DNA of 64,000 nucleotides. Source: an uncultured Bacteroidota bacterium. GTDB taxonomy: Bacteria > Bacteroidota > Ignavibacteria > UBA10030 > UBA6906. The DNA lies in contig CAVOYH010000003.1 of NCBI GenBank assembly GCA_963700635.1, forward strand, positions 1,568,001-1,632,000. The letters are read 5' to 3'. The position numbers and the translations under genes were made by a program. The notes beneath the pieces are model-generated. The model ran no database searches. It saw only the letters and a program-made list of their open reading frames with translations, and was not told the DNA's origin. Shown in pieces: positions 30,467-41,024 of this stretch (position 1 is its first letter; each line of letters begins with the position of its first letter).

Positions 30467-32182
30467 TCAGGCCTTCATCCGCTTTCCTTTTTCTTCGAAT
30501 GTGAAGATCCACCCGCAGATCTTTCCGGGGTCGATCTCCGTGAGGTTCTTCCAGTATTCCCGGTTGTGCATTGTCCGCGAACTCGTTTCGTACTCCGGAA
30601 GACTTTCCACCTCGCGAATGATCTGGGCAAAGCGGGATCGCCAGAGCTTCATGTTCTGTTCGCGGAGGTCGACCCAGCCGTCGTGCGCCCAGAGGTCGAT
30701 CGCCGTCGGATTAATGGGAAGCTGGTGCTCGCTGCGGAACGCGGGGATCTTGATCATGGAACCCCGGACGAGGGATTTTCCGTCAGGCAGGAGAATGGGA
30801 ATCCCGATTGAAATGATCCGGGAACGGAGCTGATCGTCCGCCTCGATCAGGTCGAGGAGGCGTCTGCTCAGGATGCGTGTTTCGGTGCGGGCGACCGTGC
30901 GCACGTCACCGAAGCAGATCTTGAGCAGGTATGCTTCGTACAGGAGCTTCGAGAGCCGTGGGGGGCCGAGCATCTCGAAGGCAACAGAATCCACGCCATG
31001 CTCCTGTTCGAGTTTACGCATTGCCGACAGAGCTCCGCTGAACATGTACCCCGCGCGATAGGTGGGTGCCAGCGTGGCGTTGTCCAGGGCATTGATAATG
31101 TCGTGTCCCGTATTGCCGGCCCGGATCTCAAAGACGGTGCTTTCTGCGATTTCTTCCGGGGTCACGAACTCCATCTGCCCCGGGGTCGAAATCGCCTCAA
31201 ATTCCCCCCGCGAAAAGTACCCGTTCTCCCCCGTGTCGATGAAGACAGACCGGAGGTTCTCCCCGCGAGGTTGCGCGACGCCCGGTTGGTGAAGGGTGAG
31301 GTGCTTCTGGAGCTTCACAGCCCCGCTGACGGGACAATCTTCGAGCGGGATCGGTTTCCCCCGCTTGGCAATCTCGCCGTATCCGATTCCTTTCCAGGCA
31401 ATGGCGGCGGTGGGTTTGATCTCCTTGGTGATCGGGGCGTCGGGCGTCCGGCCCATGAGGAACAGAAGAAGTGTGTGCGCACCGGCGACGGCAGATTTCG
31501 AGAGCAGGACGCGGGATGGCCGCTCTTCGCTGTGCGTGTACGGAATGTTCAGTCCCATTCCCCCGGTGCCGCTGGTCCCGATCTTCACGTAAATCTTCGT
31601 GCCGGACAACTGCATCGAACGGTACATCAACTGGACGTGGCGGATCAACTGCGGGACGTACAGTGTGCACAGGAGCTGCTCGGTCACCTCCAGCAGCGCG
31701 TCGGTCTTCGGCTTGCGCGACTGCCTGACGGTTTTGACTTCGTTGAGCACACGCCGCGCCGATTGAAAGACATCCTGGTAGGCGATTGCCGTTGCGGAGT
31801 TCACGCAGTCGACGACAATGTCCGGCTTGAATTTCTGCATCAGGCGGTACAGGCTTGACCGCTTGAGAACGGGTCCGCTGAGCTCCTCAAGCATGTCTTC
31901 AATGATCATTGAACGGTAGCGCTTGCTTGCAAGGATCCGATCGCGGGGAAGGTCCTTCAATTCTTCCCGCACAAAGATATTGCCCCACCACGGGACAAAG
32001 AACCCGCGACCCACATGAGGGTAGAAGCGCTCGAGGTCGGCAACAGCTTCGCGCGCTTCGCTTTCAGCGAGCGATGTGACGATGATACGTCCCGGCTTTT
32101 CTTCCATGAACTTCCGGCAGACTGCTGAGCCTACAAGGCCCCATCCACCGATGACAAGAACGGTTTTTCCGTGGATATCCAT
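30467..32182 (-). CDS. Large atypical NAD(P)-binding SDR-like protein
   Basis: Rossmann 'VLVIGGWGLVG', PDIVVDCVN, 'KIGTSGTGGMG'; promoter-like TTGCTT-N17-TACATT at 32253-32225. Confidence 0.7.
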   Translation of the reverse strand: MDIHGKTVLVIGGWGLVGSAVCRKFMEEKPGRIIVTSLAESEAREAVADLERFYPHVGRGFFVPWWGNIFVREELKDLPRDRILASKRYRSMIIEDMLEELSGPVLKRSSLYRLMQKFKPDIVVDCVNSATAIAYQDVFQSARRVLNEVKTVRQSRKPKTDALLEVTEQLLCTLYVPQLIRHVQLMYRSMQLSGTKIYVKIGTSGTGGMGLNIPYTHSEERPSRVLLSKSAVAGAHTLLLFLMGRTPDAPITKEIKPTAAIAWKGIGYGEIAKRGKPIPLEDCPVSGAVKLQKHLTLHQPGVAQPRGENLRSVFIDTGENGYFSRGEFEAISTPGQMEFVTPEEIAESTVFEIRAGNTGHDIINALDNATLAPTYRAGYMFSGALSAMRKLEQEHGVDSVAFEMLGPPRLSKLLYEAYLLKICFGDVRTVARTETRILSRRLLDLIEADDQLRSRIISIGIPILLPDGKSLVRGSMIKIPAFRSEHQLPINPTAIDLWAHDGWVDLREQNMKLWRSRFAQIIREVESLPEYETSSRTMHNREYWKNLTEIDPGKICGWIFTFEEKGKRMKA

Positions 32183-32285
32183 TGCGTGGTCTCATGAATG
32201 AACGGAGAGAACGTCATTTGGATCAATGTACGCCAGGATGGCAGAAGAAGCAACCTGGCGGGATATGGTCGGGGTTGTCCGGCGG

Positions 32286-33275
32286 TCACGGGACCTGGAT
32301 GCGTATCGCATGCACCCTGTCGGCCCAGCCGAGTTTCAAGAGGACGGAATTCCTCCCGGAAGACTCAAACCAGATGCGGAACGGGTCGACCGGGGTCCTG
32401 GGGATGGAGCGTTCCATAGGCAGGCGGAGCACATCGAATTCCGGTTGATAGACGGGAGGAGCGCCTCCCCGGGCACTGCTGATGATAAGTGTGCATGAGT
32501 GTTCGGAGGGGATGGTGTAGAGTGTGTAGACTCCCCGTCGGAGCCTGGTGCCACCGATCTTCACGTCACGACTGAGGTCGAGCGTCGTCGCGAAATTTGC
32601 TCCGGTTCTCCAGACCGTATCGAAGGGGACGACAACACCCCAGATTGTTCTTCCGCGCATCCAGGGACGGCTGTAACGGACCGTCAGGCGCCGGCCGCCG
32701 AACCGTATTGTCGAGGAATCCGGCGGGCTGAGCGGCCCGAGGTGCGCGACCTTTTCATATGGTGTCGTGACCATTGTCCGCTCCCACAAAAGCTTCATCA
32801 CGCCCGTCGTCCGGCCGGTGGATTCCAGCACGACGGTGAAGGTGTCCACAGGGGAGGGAAGCATCCGGCTCTCAGCTTCGAACCGGGCAAGATCGAGTCG
32901 CTCATCGTACTGGGTTCCCCATTGGCCGGTTTGCTTGTTCAGGATGATTTTCCAGCCGGTGCGTGAGGGGAGCGTCCAGAGCGTGTAGGTGCCCGCAGGG
33001 ACGGGGACCGAACCCAGCCGCATGTCGAAATCCGTCCTGAGGTGGGTTGCCTGATTTGCCCCGGTGCGCCAGACTCTGTTCCATGGTACGAGTTCTCCCA
33101 TAATGACGCGACCGCGCATCGAAGGGCGGCTGTAGGTCACGGCAATCGTGCTGGTGTCGAGTCGCAGTACGATCGAGTCGCGCGGGCTGAGGATCTTTCG
33201 ATCCTGGGCTGAGGAGGATACGAGGCCCCAGGATATCAGGGCGGTAAGAGCAAGGATCGGGAGGAGGTTCCGCAT
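32286..33275 (-). CDS. Secreted protein with two tandem DUF2911 domains
   Basis: Signal peptide; two copies of 'SP..YSRP.MRGR.I.G.VP...VWRTGAN.AT'. Confidence 0.85.
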   Translation of the reverse strand: MRNLLPILALTALISWGLVSSSAQDRKILSPRDSIVLRLDTSTIAVTYSRPSMRGRVIMGELVPWNRVWRTGANQATHLRTDFDMRLGSVPVPAGTYTLWTLPSRTGWKIILNKQTGQWGTQYDERLDLARFEAESRMLPSPVDTFTVVLESTGRTTGVMKLLWERTMVTTPYEKVAHLGPLSPPDSSTIRFGGRRLTVRYSRPWMRGRTIWGVVVPFDTVWRTGANFATTLDLSRDVKIGGTRLRRGVYTLYTIPSEHSCTLIISSARGGAPPVYQPEFDVLRLPMERSIPRTPVDPFRIWFESSGRNSVLLKLGWADRVHAIRIQVP

Positions 33276-33345
33276 GGTCGCGTTCCGTGGGAAGTTGGAG
33301 TTCGTCAACCGTTGTGCCGGCTCATGTCTCTCATTGTTCCCGCTC

Positions 33346-33371
33346 CCCTCCCCGGCGCATGCCGGAGAGGG
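33346..33371. repeat. GC-rich palindrome (terminator- or REP-like)
   Basis: CCCTCCCCGGC-GCAT-GCCGGAGAGGG between ybjQ-like gene and DUF2911. Confidence 0.45.
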
Positions 33372-33408
33372 AAGGAATGGGAGTAGTGTGGCCGGAGGGA
33401 GGCGAGGT

Positions 33409-33738
33409 CTAGGCTCGCTCGACGACCACCGCCGTACCATACGCCAGGACTTCAGTGACGCCGGACATCACTTCATTTGCGTCATACCGCATGCCGATAA
33501 CGGCATTGGCCCCGATCTCTCCAGCGTGCTGGACCATCAGCGCGAATGCATCCTGCCTGGTCTTTTCGCACAGCTCCTGGAGCAGCGAGATATTTCCGCC
33601 GAAGATCGTCTGAATGCCGGCGCCGAGGGTTCCGAAAATCGAACGGGATCGCACGGTGATTCCTCGCACGACACCGAGTGTTCGTACGATGCGATACCCG
33701 TCGAGCGTGAAGGCTGTGGTGATACTATGCTGGTCCAT
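33409..33738 (-). CDS. YbjQ/UPF0145 family protein
   Basis: GYRI..LGVVRG..GANAVIGMRYD..EVLAYGTAV. Confidence 0.92.
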   Translation of the reverse strand: MDQHSITTAFTLDGYRIVRTLGVVRGITVRSRSIFGTLGAGIQTIFGGNISLLQELCEKTRQDAFALMVQHAGEIGANAVIGMRYDANEVMSGVTEVLAYGTAVVVERA

Positions 33739-33744
33739 GGTCGA

Positions 33745-34755
33745 CTACTTGAACTTGAGTGAGCTGAGAACCTTGTCGTATGCGGCAAGGTAGTCAGTGC
33801 GCTGCGGCCTGAACCAGTCGAAGGTCACACGATACACTTTGTCGTCTTTGACGACGAAAATGAATCGGCGTTCTACTTCGCGCGTGGGCGCGTACGTGAG
33901 GGTCATGGCGGGGATCCCACTAACCGTCGTCGTGCCGGTGGATGCACCGGAATATTTCCCTTTGTTCTGGTTGAACGCTTTCTCCAGCGTCAATCCTTTC
34001 GCACCAAACACGTGGAAAAGGATGGAGCAGTCCTGGCGGACACCGCGGAGACCGAGCGTCAGAACGTTGGATCCCTTTGGCACATTGACAAAATTGAAGT
34101 TGTCGGGATACTCGAATGTGAACATGCCGGCATCGTACGACGTGTAGCTGTCCGAGGGGAGTGTCTGGTCGCGGCCGGGCACCACTGGGCGCGGGAACGC
34201 AAAGCTTGCGACCATGGAATCGAAGATCGCGGCATGAGAGGCGTACAGGTCGCCAAATCCCGAGAACGACAAATCGTACAGGACAGTGTCGATGGGAACA
34301 TAGATGTGGTGTCCTGTTTCCCGTACCTTCGAACTGAAGTTTGCGGTATAGGGGACTTTGAAAGCCGGCTTGCCGCCGACCGTAGCCGGTGTTTCCTTGC
34401 CGACGATGCGGCCGGAATTTGCCAATTCCGCAATCAGTGTGGCCTTCTGCTCCTGAGGCTTCTCGGTCTTGAAGATGTCGACCGCGATCATGACACCGTC
34501 GGGATACTGGCCCAGAGGATCCAGGAACCTCTGCCCGGCCTCGTGAGAATTATATACACGTGGCCGGCCTGCATCACCCCCGGCGACCCAGCCCTGCGGG
34601 TACATGAAATGAAAGCGGTAGATCGGATCCCGGTACTCCTGCATTTGACCGACGGGCAGAGGAACAACCTGCTTCTCCCCGCCGCAGCCCATCATGAACA
34701 GGCCGACAAGCAGCACCCCGATCGACAGCCCAAGGGTTCTACAGACGTTCTTCAT
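33745..34755 (-). CDS. Lipoprotein with two PsbP-like domains
   Basis: Lipobox FMMGC; two repeats 'F.F.YP..W/F ... TV.G.PA ... Y...F ... FD/YD....SF/LKF'. Confidence 0.65.
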   Translation of the reverse strand: MKNVCRTLGLSIGVLLVGLFMMGCGGEKQVVPLPVGQMQEYRDPIYRFHFMYPQGWVAGGDAGRPRVYNSHEAGQRFLDPLGQYPDGVMIAVDIFKTEKPQEQKATLIAELANSGRIVGKETPATVGGKPAFKVPYTANFSSKVRETGHHIYVPIDTVLYDLSFSGFGDLYASHAAIFDSMVASFAFPRPVVPGRDQTLPSDSYTSYDAGMFTFEYPDNFNFVNVPKGSNVLTLGLRGVRQDCSILFHVFGAKGLTLEKAFNQNKGKYSGASTGTTTVSGIPAMTLTYAPTREVERRFIFVVKDDKVYRVTFDWFRPQRTDYLAAYDKVLSSLKFK

Positions 34756-34925
34756 GGTTCTCCCTTCCTCTATGAGTAGTTACGAGACTAAGCAACATGG
34801 ATGCGCACGTTATGGTCTGGCGAGATGAACACGCAAAGATAGGGAAAAAGGGTGAATTCATCAACCGCGTTGTTTCTCAAATCAGCGATGACTATCTTAG
34901 ACCATACTTCCCGCCCCTCGGAGGT

Positions 34926-37371
34926 TTGATTCTGCGAATTCTGCTTCTTTTTGCACTCCTGTGGTGTACGGTGCCCGCTGCAGCCGTTGCGGGCGATAAT
35001 CCCCGCACAGTGACAGCAATCCGCGTTTCCACGGTTCCCGTGATCGATGGCCTGCTTACGGAACCGGCATGGGCAACAGCAACGCCTGCCACAGACTTCA
35101 TCCAACGCGATCCTGACGACGGCCGACCGGCCACGGAGGCGACGGAGATCCGCGTCCTGTACGATGCCAACGCCCTGTATTTCGGGTGCGTCTATCATGA
35201 CAGCCAGCCTTCGGGGATCGTCAGGCGGCTTGCCCGGCGCGATGACGAATCGGAAGCGGACATCGGATCTATCCGGATCGATTCCTTTCACGATGCGCGA
35301 ACCGCGTACGAGTTTACCTTCAACGTGTCCGGCGTCAAAGTGGATATCATCCAGTACGACGACGGTGAACGGGAGGACGCGTCCTGGGACGTCGTCTGGG
35401 ACGTGCACACCCGCATCACCCCGGAGGGATGGATCGCCGAAGTCCTGATCCCGTTTTCCGTCCTCCGTTATCACGCGAGCGAGAGCGATAGCGCAGAACA
35501 GGTGTGGGGGATCAACTTCACACGCTACATTTCCCGGAAACGAGAATCTCTCCGATGGGCCCATGTTCCGAAAAGCGAAAGCGGTTTCGTATCCCGGTTC
35601 GGGCATCTTCGCGGACTGCGCAATCTTCCCTCCCCGCACCGTATCGAGGTCCTTCCATTCGGGTTGATGCGACAGGCGTGGACGCCGGGGACCGACATCA
35701 TGGACCGACGGTCCACGTTCACGTTCGCCGGCGGCGTTGACTCTGAAGATCGGACTCGGGAACAGCCTGATTCTCGATGCCACCATCAATCCGGACTTCG
35801 GCCAGGTGGAAGCGGATCCAGCGGTCCTCAATCTCTCGACATTCGAGACCTTCTATCCGGAACGGCGCCCCTTCTTCGTCGAAGGGATGCAGATCCTCCG
35901 CTTTCCGACGTTTGGTGGCGATGGAGCAGGCCCGGGCATGTTCTATTCCCGACGCATCGGGAGAGGCATCGGTCCGGATGAGGTCGACATCAGCGATGAA
36001 GAGCGCGTGGAATCTCTTCCGCAACACGCGACGATTCTGGGAGCGGCAAAACTCTCGGGCCGGATATCCCGGGGCCTGTCCATCGGTGTCCTGGAAGCGG
36101 TGACGCGAAGGGAACATTCGTCCGTGAGGAGTGCAACCGGTGATGTGCGTGACCTTCCTCTGGATCCCGCGATTCACTACAACGTCCTGAGGGCACGACA
36201 GGACGTGCTGGAAGGGTCGTATGTCGGAGGTATCTTCACCTCGGTTGCGCGCGAGCGAAAGGCGCCTGCGTTGACGGCCGGGCTGGACTGGGATCTCCGC
36301 CTTGCTGACGCAACGCATCGTCTCGACGGGTTTCTTGCATTTACCCGGACAACGGATCCAGACCGGCAACGGGTCGACGGAGGTGCCGGCAGGATGCAGC
36401 TTGCCCGTGTAGCTGCAGTGCACTGGCTCTGGTCGGCGAGCGTTGACTTCACCACGCCCCGGTATGACATCAATGACGTCGGTTTCTTCCGGCGGCCCAA
36501 TGACTACGGGGGTTTTGCAACTCTTACATACAAGGAAGATGTGCCGGCGGCGGTGGTGCGTAGCTATCATTTCAGGACGAGCATGCACGAACGATGGAAT
36601 TTCGACAGGGCAAATCTGAACCGGAACCTCGAACTTGACACGAAAGTGGTCTTCACGAATTACTGGGAGGTTGACGCCAGCGGTGGGGTTGATCTCGGGC
36701 GGTACGATGACCGGGAGACACGCGGAAACGGTCTGTATCAGAAACCGACCAGCGGAAGGTTCTCTGTGGAGGTGGAGACCGATGACCGGGACGTGGTCGC
36801 GCTGGGTCTACAGCAGCGGTGGGGATGGGACGAGCGGGCGATGCATCGCTATGCCATTGAAGCAAAAGTCGAATACCGGCCTGTCTCCTGGATGGCCTGG
36901 AGTATGGAAACCGAATTCGAGAGGGTGCGGCGTCAGGAAGCGTGGGTGGAAAACGTCTCCATCGGGGACAGAAGCATCAGCCTTTTCGGGGATCGTAGCA
37001 CCGACCTGGCGAGCTTCACGTTGCGAGGCGAGGTGACGTTCACGCGCGATCTGACACTCCAGCTGTACGGGCAGGTGTTTGTTGCCAAGGGGCGCTACGC
37101 CTCATTTCGCGCAATGGATGCTCCAGGCGTCTTCCATCCGTGGGATGGTGCACTCCCCCAAAGGGATTTCCGCGAACACGAGCTGCATACCAATGTCGTG
37201 CTACGGTGGGAATACGTTCCGGGGAGTACGCTCTACCTGGTCTGGTCCCAGGTGAGGGAGGGGAGCGACGGCACCATCTTTCGCACGATCCAGGACGATC
37301 TCGGTGCCGTTTTTCGAACCCCTCCCTCCCATGTTCTGCTGCTGAAAGTGTCATACTGGTGGAACCTGTAA
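34926..37371 (+). CDS. CBM9-like + DUF5916 outer-membrane protein (apparent +1 frameshift ~35742; start approximate)
   Basis: PVIDGLLTEPAW, TEIRVLYD, W.AEVLIPFS, DATINPDFGQVEADP..NLS.FE.F.PERRPFF, C-terminal LLKVSYWW; 'GVD[t]LKIG' junction. Confidence 0.85.
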
Positions 37372-37406
37372 GAGTCGTCGCACCAGGACGGAATCCGCTC
37401 GGACGT

Positions 37407-38408
37407 TCAGGTCGTAATGGCCCGCAGCTCTTCGCGTAGTTTGGTGCGGATCGTGTTCATTTCCTTCCGGATCCTTTCTCCCAGGCCCCGCAGCTGTTCC
37501 TGGAATTCCTTCATGTGTCCCTGTTTCTGGAATTCTTTCATCTGCAGCTCCATTCGATTCTTGTCGATCCGAAAGTGGTGCGCGTCGTCGTCACCGTGCT
37601 TCTGGTACCAGCGCAAGTCGAAGTTGTGCGGGACGGACGTTTCATCGATTTCCAGGCGCAGCGTCAGACGGGTTCCCTTGCGGAGCACGTCGACCGCCGC
37701 TGTATCCCCCTCTTCAACATCCTCGAGGGCTTCCCACACGTCGTCGACATCTTCGATATCTTCCTTCCCGATCCGCAGGATGACATCACCGGCCTTGAAG
37801 CCCGCTTCTTTTGCGGCGCTCCGTTTTCCCACTTCTTCGACAAGCACGCCCCTGCCGTCCGGTGCATTGAAATATTCCCCGAGCTGGCGGTTGAGTGTGA
37901 GCAACTGGAGTCCGTGCGACATCCCACCCACGTACGCACGCATGTGGAACCGCGGAAGGCTCGGCAGGTCAGGGATCATGATAGCTTCGGGGCTGCGGGA
38001 CCTTTCGAGTGTAACGCGCAGAGCGACCTTCTTGTCCTTGCGCATAACGGTCACGGTGGCAGCTGATCCGGGTTTGGATGCGCGGACGGCGTCCAGAAGA
38101 TCGCCGGATTCCTCAATGGGCTTGCCGTTGAACTCCACGATGATATCGTCTTTGCTAATCCCGGCCTTTTCGGCGGGGCTGTCGTCGACGACCTCCGTGA
38201 CCAGTGCGCCGGTTTTTGTCGAGACGTTCATCTCCCGCGCGAGGGAGGGACGCATGTCACGGATGGCAACGCCCAGCCATCCCTTCGTGTCGTTCTCGAC
38301 CACCCTGACACGCTGTTGGGGTTCGGACGGGGCTTCCGCGAGTCTGGCCGAGCTGCCATTGAACACGAGGGGTGCCAGCAGTGCCACAACGAGTCCCTGC
38401 AGGTACAT
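37407..38408 (-). CDS. Secreted tandem-PDZ protein without protease domain
   Basis: Signal peptide; GWLGV..GALVTEVVDDSPAEKAGI..DII; second PDZ GVLVEEV..AAKEAGFKAGDVI; no GNSGG; coiled-coil C-terminus. Confidence 0.85.
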   Translation of the reverse strand: MYLQGLVVALLAPLVFNGSSARLAEAPSEPQQRVRVVENDTKGWLGVAIRDMRPSLAREMNVSTKTGALVTEVVDDSPAEKAGISKDDIIVEFNGKPIEESGDLLDAVRASKPGSAATVTVMRKDKKVALRVTLERSRSPEAIMIPDLPSLPRFHMRAYVGGMSHGLQLLTLNRQLGEYFNAPDGRGVLVEEVGKRSAAKEAGFKAGDVILRIGKEDIEDVDDVWEALEDVEEGDTAAVDVLRKGTRLTLRLEIDETSVPHNFDLRWYQKHGDDDAHHFRIDKNRMELQMKEFQKQGHMKEFQEQLRGLGERIRKEMNTIRTKLREELRAITT

Positions 38409-38445
38409 GATCTGTTCCTTCTGATGTGAGTGTCGTCTTCTGGGT

Positions 38446-38476
38446 ATTGGACACAGGCTTCTGACGATCGGTTGAC
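38446..38476 (-). promoter_or_regulatory. ECF promoter GTCAACC-N15-GTGTCCAAT upstream of the PDZ gene
   Basis: Both boxes and the spacer length are identical to the site upstream of the ECF sigma gene (41025-41055). Confidence 0.75.
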
Positions 38477-38487
38477 CTCGGGTTGAA

Positions 38488-39654
38488 CTATTCTCCCTTC
38501 AGGAGTCTGATCAAAGCCGCGCGCGCGCGGTCGCTTCCGATGGCGCCGAGATAGAAGACCGCACTGCTCCGGATCTCCTCTCTGGGGTGAGAACGGGCAA
38601 GCTGGACGAGAAAGTCCGTTGCATGGGTGTCGCCGACACTGGCGATGGCATACAGCGTTGTCCCGAGCGGCGCATCGCGCGACTCTCCCGCGGCATCGAA
38701 CCGGCGGAAGAGCGTGACCAGCCGCTCCACTGCCCGCGGTTTGTCCGGAACGGACCGCGCATACACTTCGATGGCGGTGCTCTGGATGTCCCGGTCGGCG
38801 TCGTCCGCGGCCACGTCGAGAAGGACTGCGCCGTTGTCCTCTCGTGTGAACTTGCCGAGTTTCATGATTGCGGCCTGGCGCAGGAGGGCAGGCTGCTGCT
38901 TGTCCAGGGCAACCTCCCGCAGGGTGCGGTACATCTGAGCGGAGCCTGCGCGTTCGGCGAGCATCTGCAACGCTTCAATCCGCACACGCACCTGGGGGTC
39001 GACTGGAGGGACGAGCTCCGGTGTGATGTGCAGAGGCGGGACCGGTACACGGACGAAGAGCGTATCTCCGTCGTAGAAGGTCATGACATGCTGCTGCATG
39101 GTCTTGTTCGATATTTCCCGCTGTCGATCAAATTCCCTGCGCAACCGCTGGAGTTCTTCAGAGACGATGACCAGCCGATCACCATCCGGTGGATGTGGCA
39201 CGCGGATACGCACGCGGGCTACTCTCAATTCGACCTCCATGAGTTTGAGGTCGGAGACAGCGTCGCTGACGTACGGACTCGCCGGATAGGTTCGCAGGAG
39301 CTTTCTGTACAATGTCGCCGCTTTCTCCCTGTCGGACGATTTCCATGAGAAGGCGGTCCAGTACGCCGCGTCGTCGGCAAACGGGCTTTCCGGGAAGCGT
39401 TGTTCCAGCTCGGCAAAAGCCCTGCGCGCCTGCTCCCATGCCTCGGCGAGCACGGCGCTATAGCCCTCCCGGTATAGAGTGAATGCCGGGTCATCCGGTC
39501 CGGTGGGTTGCGGCAGAAAGGCGACGGGAGATGCTGCCGCCGCACGCGCCTCCTGTCCCGCCATGAATGGCGGGAACGCGGCAGCGGCGAGCATCACCCC
39601 GCAGAGCAGGCATCCCCACCATGATGCCACGCGTCCGTTATCGGTCATCTGCAT
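38488..39654 (-). CDS. Secreted TPR (BamD/YfiO-like) + HEAT-repeat protein
   Basis: Signal peptide; 'YREG..WEQARRAF..FPESPFADDAAYW', 'YPASPYVSDA'; HEAT repeats 'VRIEALQML', 'LRQAAIMKLG', 'IRSSAVFYLG'. Confidence 0.8.
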   Translation of the reverse strand: MQMTDNGRVASWWGCLLCGVMLAAAAFPPFMAGQEARAAAASPVAFLPQPTGPDDPAFTLYREGYSAVLAEAWEQARRAFAELEQRFPESPFADDAAYWTAFSWKSSDREKAATLYRKLLRTYPASPYVSDAVSDLKLMEVELRVARVRIRVPHPPDGDRLVIVSEELQRLRREFDRQREISNKTMQQHVMTFYDGDTLFVRVPVPPLHITPELVPPVDPQVRVRIEALQMLAERAGSAQMYRTLREVALDKQQPALLRQAAIMKLGKFTREDNGAVLLDVAADDADRDIQSTAIEVYARSVPDKPRAVERLVTLFRRFDAAGESRDAPLGTTLYAIASVGDTHATDFLVQLARSHPREEIRSSAVFYLGAIGSDRARAALIRLLKGE

Positions 39655-40441
39655 ATCGCACCTGTTTGTTCACACTCTCTGCAATGCGTAGTCTGAAAAG
39701 AAGATTCTCGCGCTCTATCCCCTCCCGAACGAGCGCCAGGTTCGTGGACGGGACGTGCTCATCGGCGTTGGCCAATTCAATCAGGACCTTCTGCATGTCG
39801 TCGATCAGCCGCACCGAGCGGTCGTCGTAAAACCGCTGCTTGAGAAAACGTGATTCACTTACGAGCTCCCGGGATGCCCGGCGCTCAATGGAAAAATCCA
39901 CTGGAATATCATCCCGGACCGGGAGGTGTGTGACGCCCGTAAGAAGGATCCGGGATTTCTGCAAATACTGCTGGAGGCGGAGATCCGGGGATGCCCCGGC
40001 GGTCTGTACGGTGTCCTGGCGTTCGGCCTGCGTTTCTGCCAGTTGTGAGGGAGCGTCGTGACGGAGTACCTGCCAAGTGATGAGAGCGCTGACGGCAACC
40101 AGAACGAGAGACGCAAATCCGAGGACCAGGCGCCGCCCCGGCGCATGTCTCGCGCGGAGCCACGCTTCCAGGCGGCCCGACGGCGGCACCGATGCCGGAT
40201 GCGGGGTGATGCGGTGCTCGACCTCCTGCAGCACTTCCAACCAGAATGCCCGGGGGAGGGTGGATGCGGGGTCGGTGTCCGTTGCCGGAAGAATCTGGAG
40301 TGTGTCGCGTACCGCGTCGCATGCCGCGCGGCATTGGATACACCTCTCGAGATGGTCGGAAAGGCGCTGTGATTCCTCCGCGGAAAGCTCTCCGCGCAGG
40401 TACTCGTACAGCTGGTTGCAGATATCGGCATGGACGCTCAT
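39638..40441 (-). CDS. Zinc-binding (zf-HC2/ZAS) transmembrane anti-sigma factor
   Basis: LYEYLRGELS..HLERCIQC, one TM helix, periplasmic helical domain; ATGA overlap with the sigma stop. Confidence 0.88.
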   Translation of the reverse strand: MSVHADICNQLYEYLRGELSAEESQRLSDHLERCIQCRAACDAVRDTLQILPATDTDPASTLPRAFWLEVLQEVEHRITPHPASVPPSGRLEAWLRARHAPGRRLVLGFASLVLVAVSALITWQVLRHDAPSQLAETQAERQDTVQTAGASPDLRLQQYLQKSRILLTGVTHLPVRDDIPVDFSIERRASRELVSESRFLKQRFYDDRSVRLIDDMQKVLIELANADEHVPSTNLALVREGIERENLLFRLRIAESVNKQVRYADDR

Positions 40442-40993
40442 CGTGTGTCCTCCTGGAGAAACTGCACTGAATGTCGCAGTTTCTTCAGACCACGGAACAG
40501 GTGTGTCTTGACCGTTCCCTCGGAACATCGGAGAATCGCGCTGACCTGTTTCGTGGAGAGCCCTTCCAGATGTCGCAGAATCACCACGGCCCGCTGGAGC
40601 GTGGGGAGTTCATGAAGTGCACGTTCCAGGTGTTCGCGCACATCCCGGGTGTGGAACGCCGCTTCGTGGTTGTCTCCGGGTTCGGCGATGTCAACGGCAG
40701 TGAACCTCACGCCGTGACCGCACTGTGCTTTGCCGGACGTGGTTGAGGGAGAGATTCATCACGATGCGGTGCAACCAGGTTCCGAATTCCGCCTCGCCCC
40801 GGAACGACGGTAGCGCGACATAGGCACGCACCAGAGCATCCTGGAGAACATCACGCGCATCTTCGCGGTTGCGTACGAAGCCGAACGCGACATTGTAGGC
40901 CTGCTTCATGTGCTGTTCCACCAGCCGGCGATAGGCATCACGATTCCCTTCCTGCGCCTGACGGATCAAAAGCTGCTCATCCGCAACGGGCAT
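40438..40993 (-). CDS. ECF RNA polymerase sigma factor (apparent +1 frameshift ~40700)
   Basis: Region 2: GNRDAYRRLV..DARDVLQDAL..SFRGEAEFGTWLHRIVMN; region 4: LPTLQRAVVILRHLEGLS..GTVKTHLFRG; AGGAAG RBS before ATG 40993. Confidence 0.9.
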
Positions 40994-41024
40994 GCGGGGG
41001 CTTCCTGGATCTGTGGTTCTGGTC

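Noticed and set aside
33304-33334. Third copy of the GTCAACC ECF motif
   Set aside because: The -10 box differs and is mis-spaced (GTCTCTCAT), and it points antisense to the flanking genes.
37417-38424. Long antisense ORFs (e.g. 37417-38424+, 18863-20362-, 22740-24260-, 54491-55972-)
   Set aside because: Shadow ORFs expected from high-GC codon bias opposite well-supported genes; no recognisable motifs.
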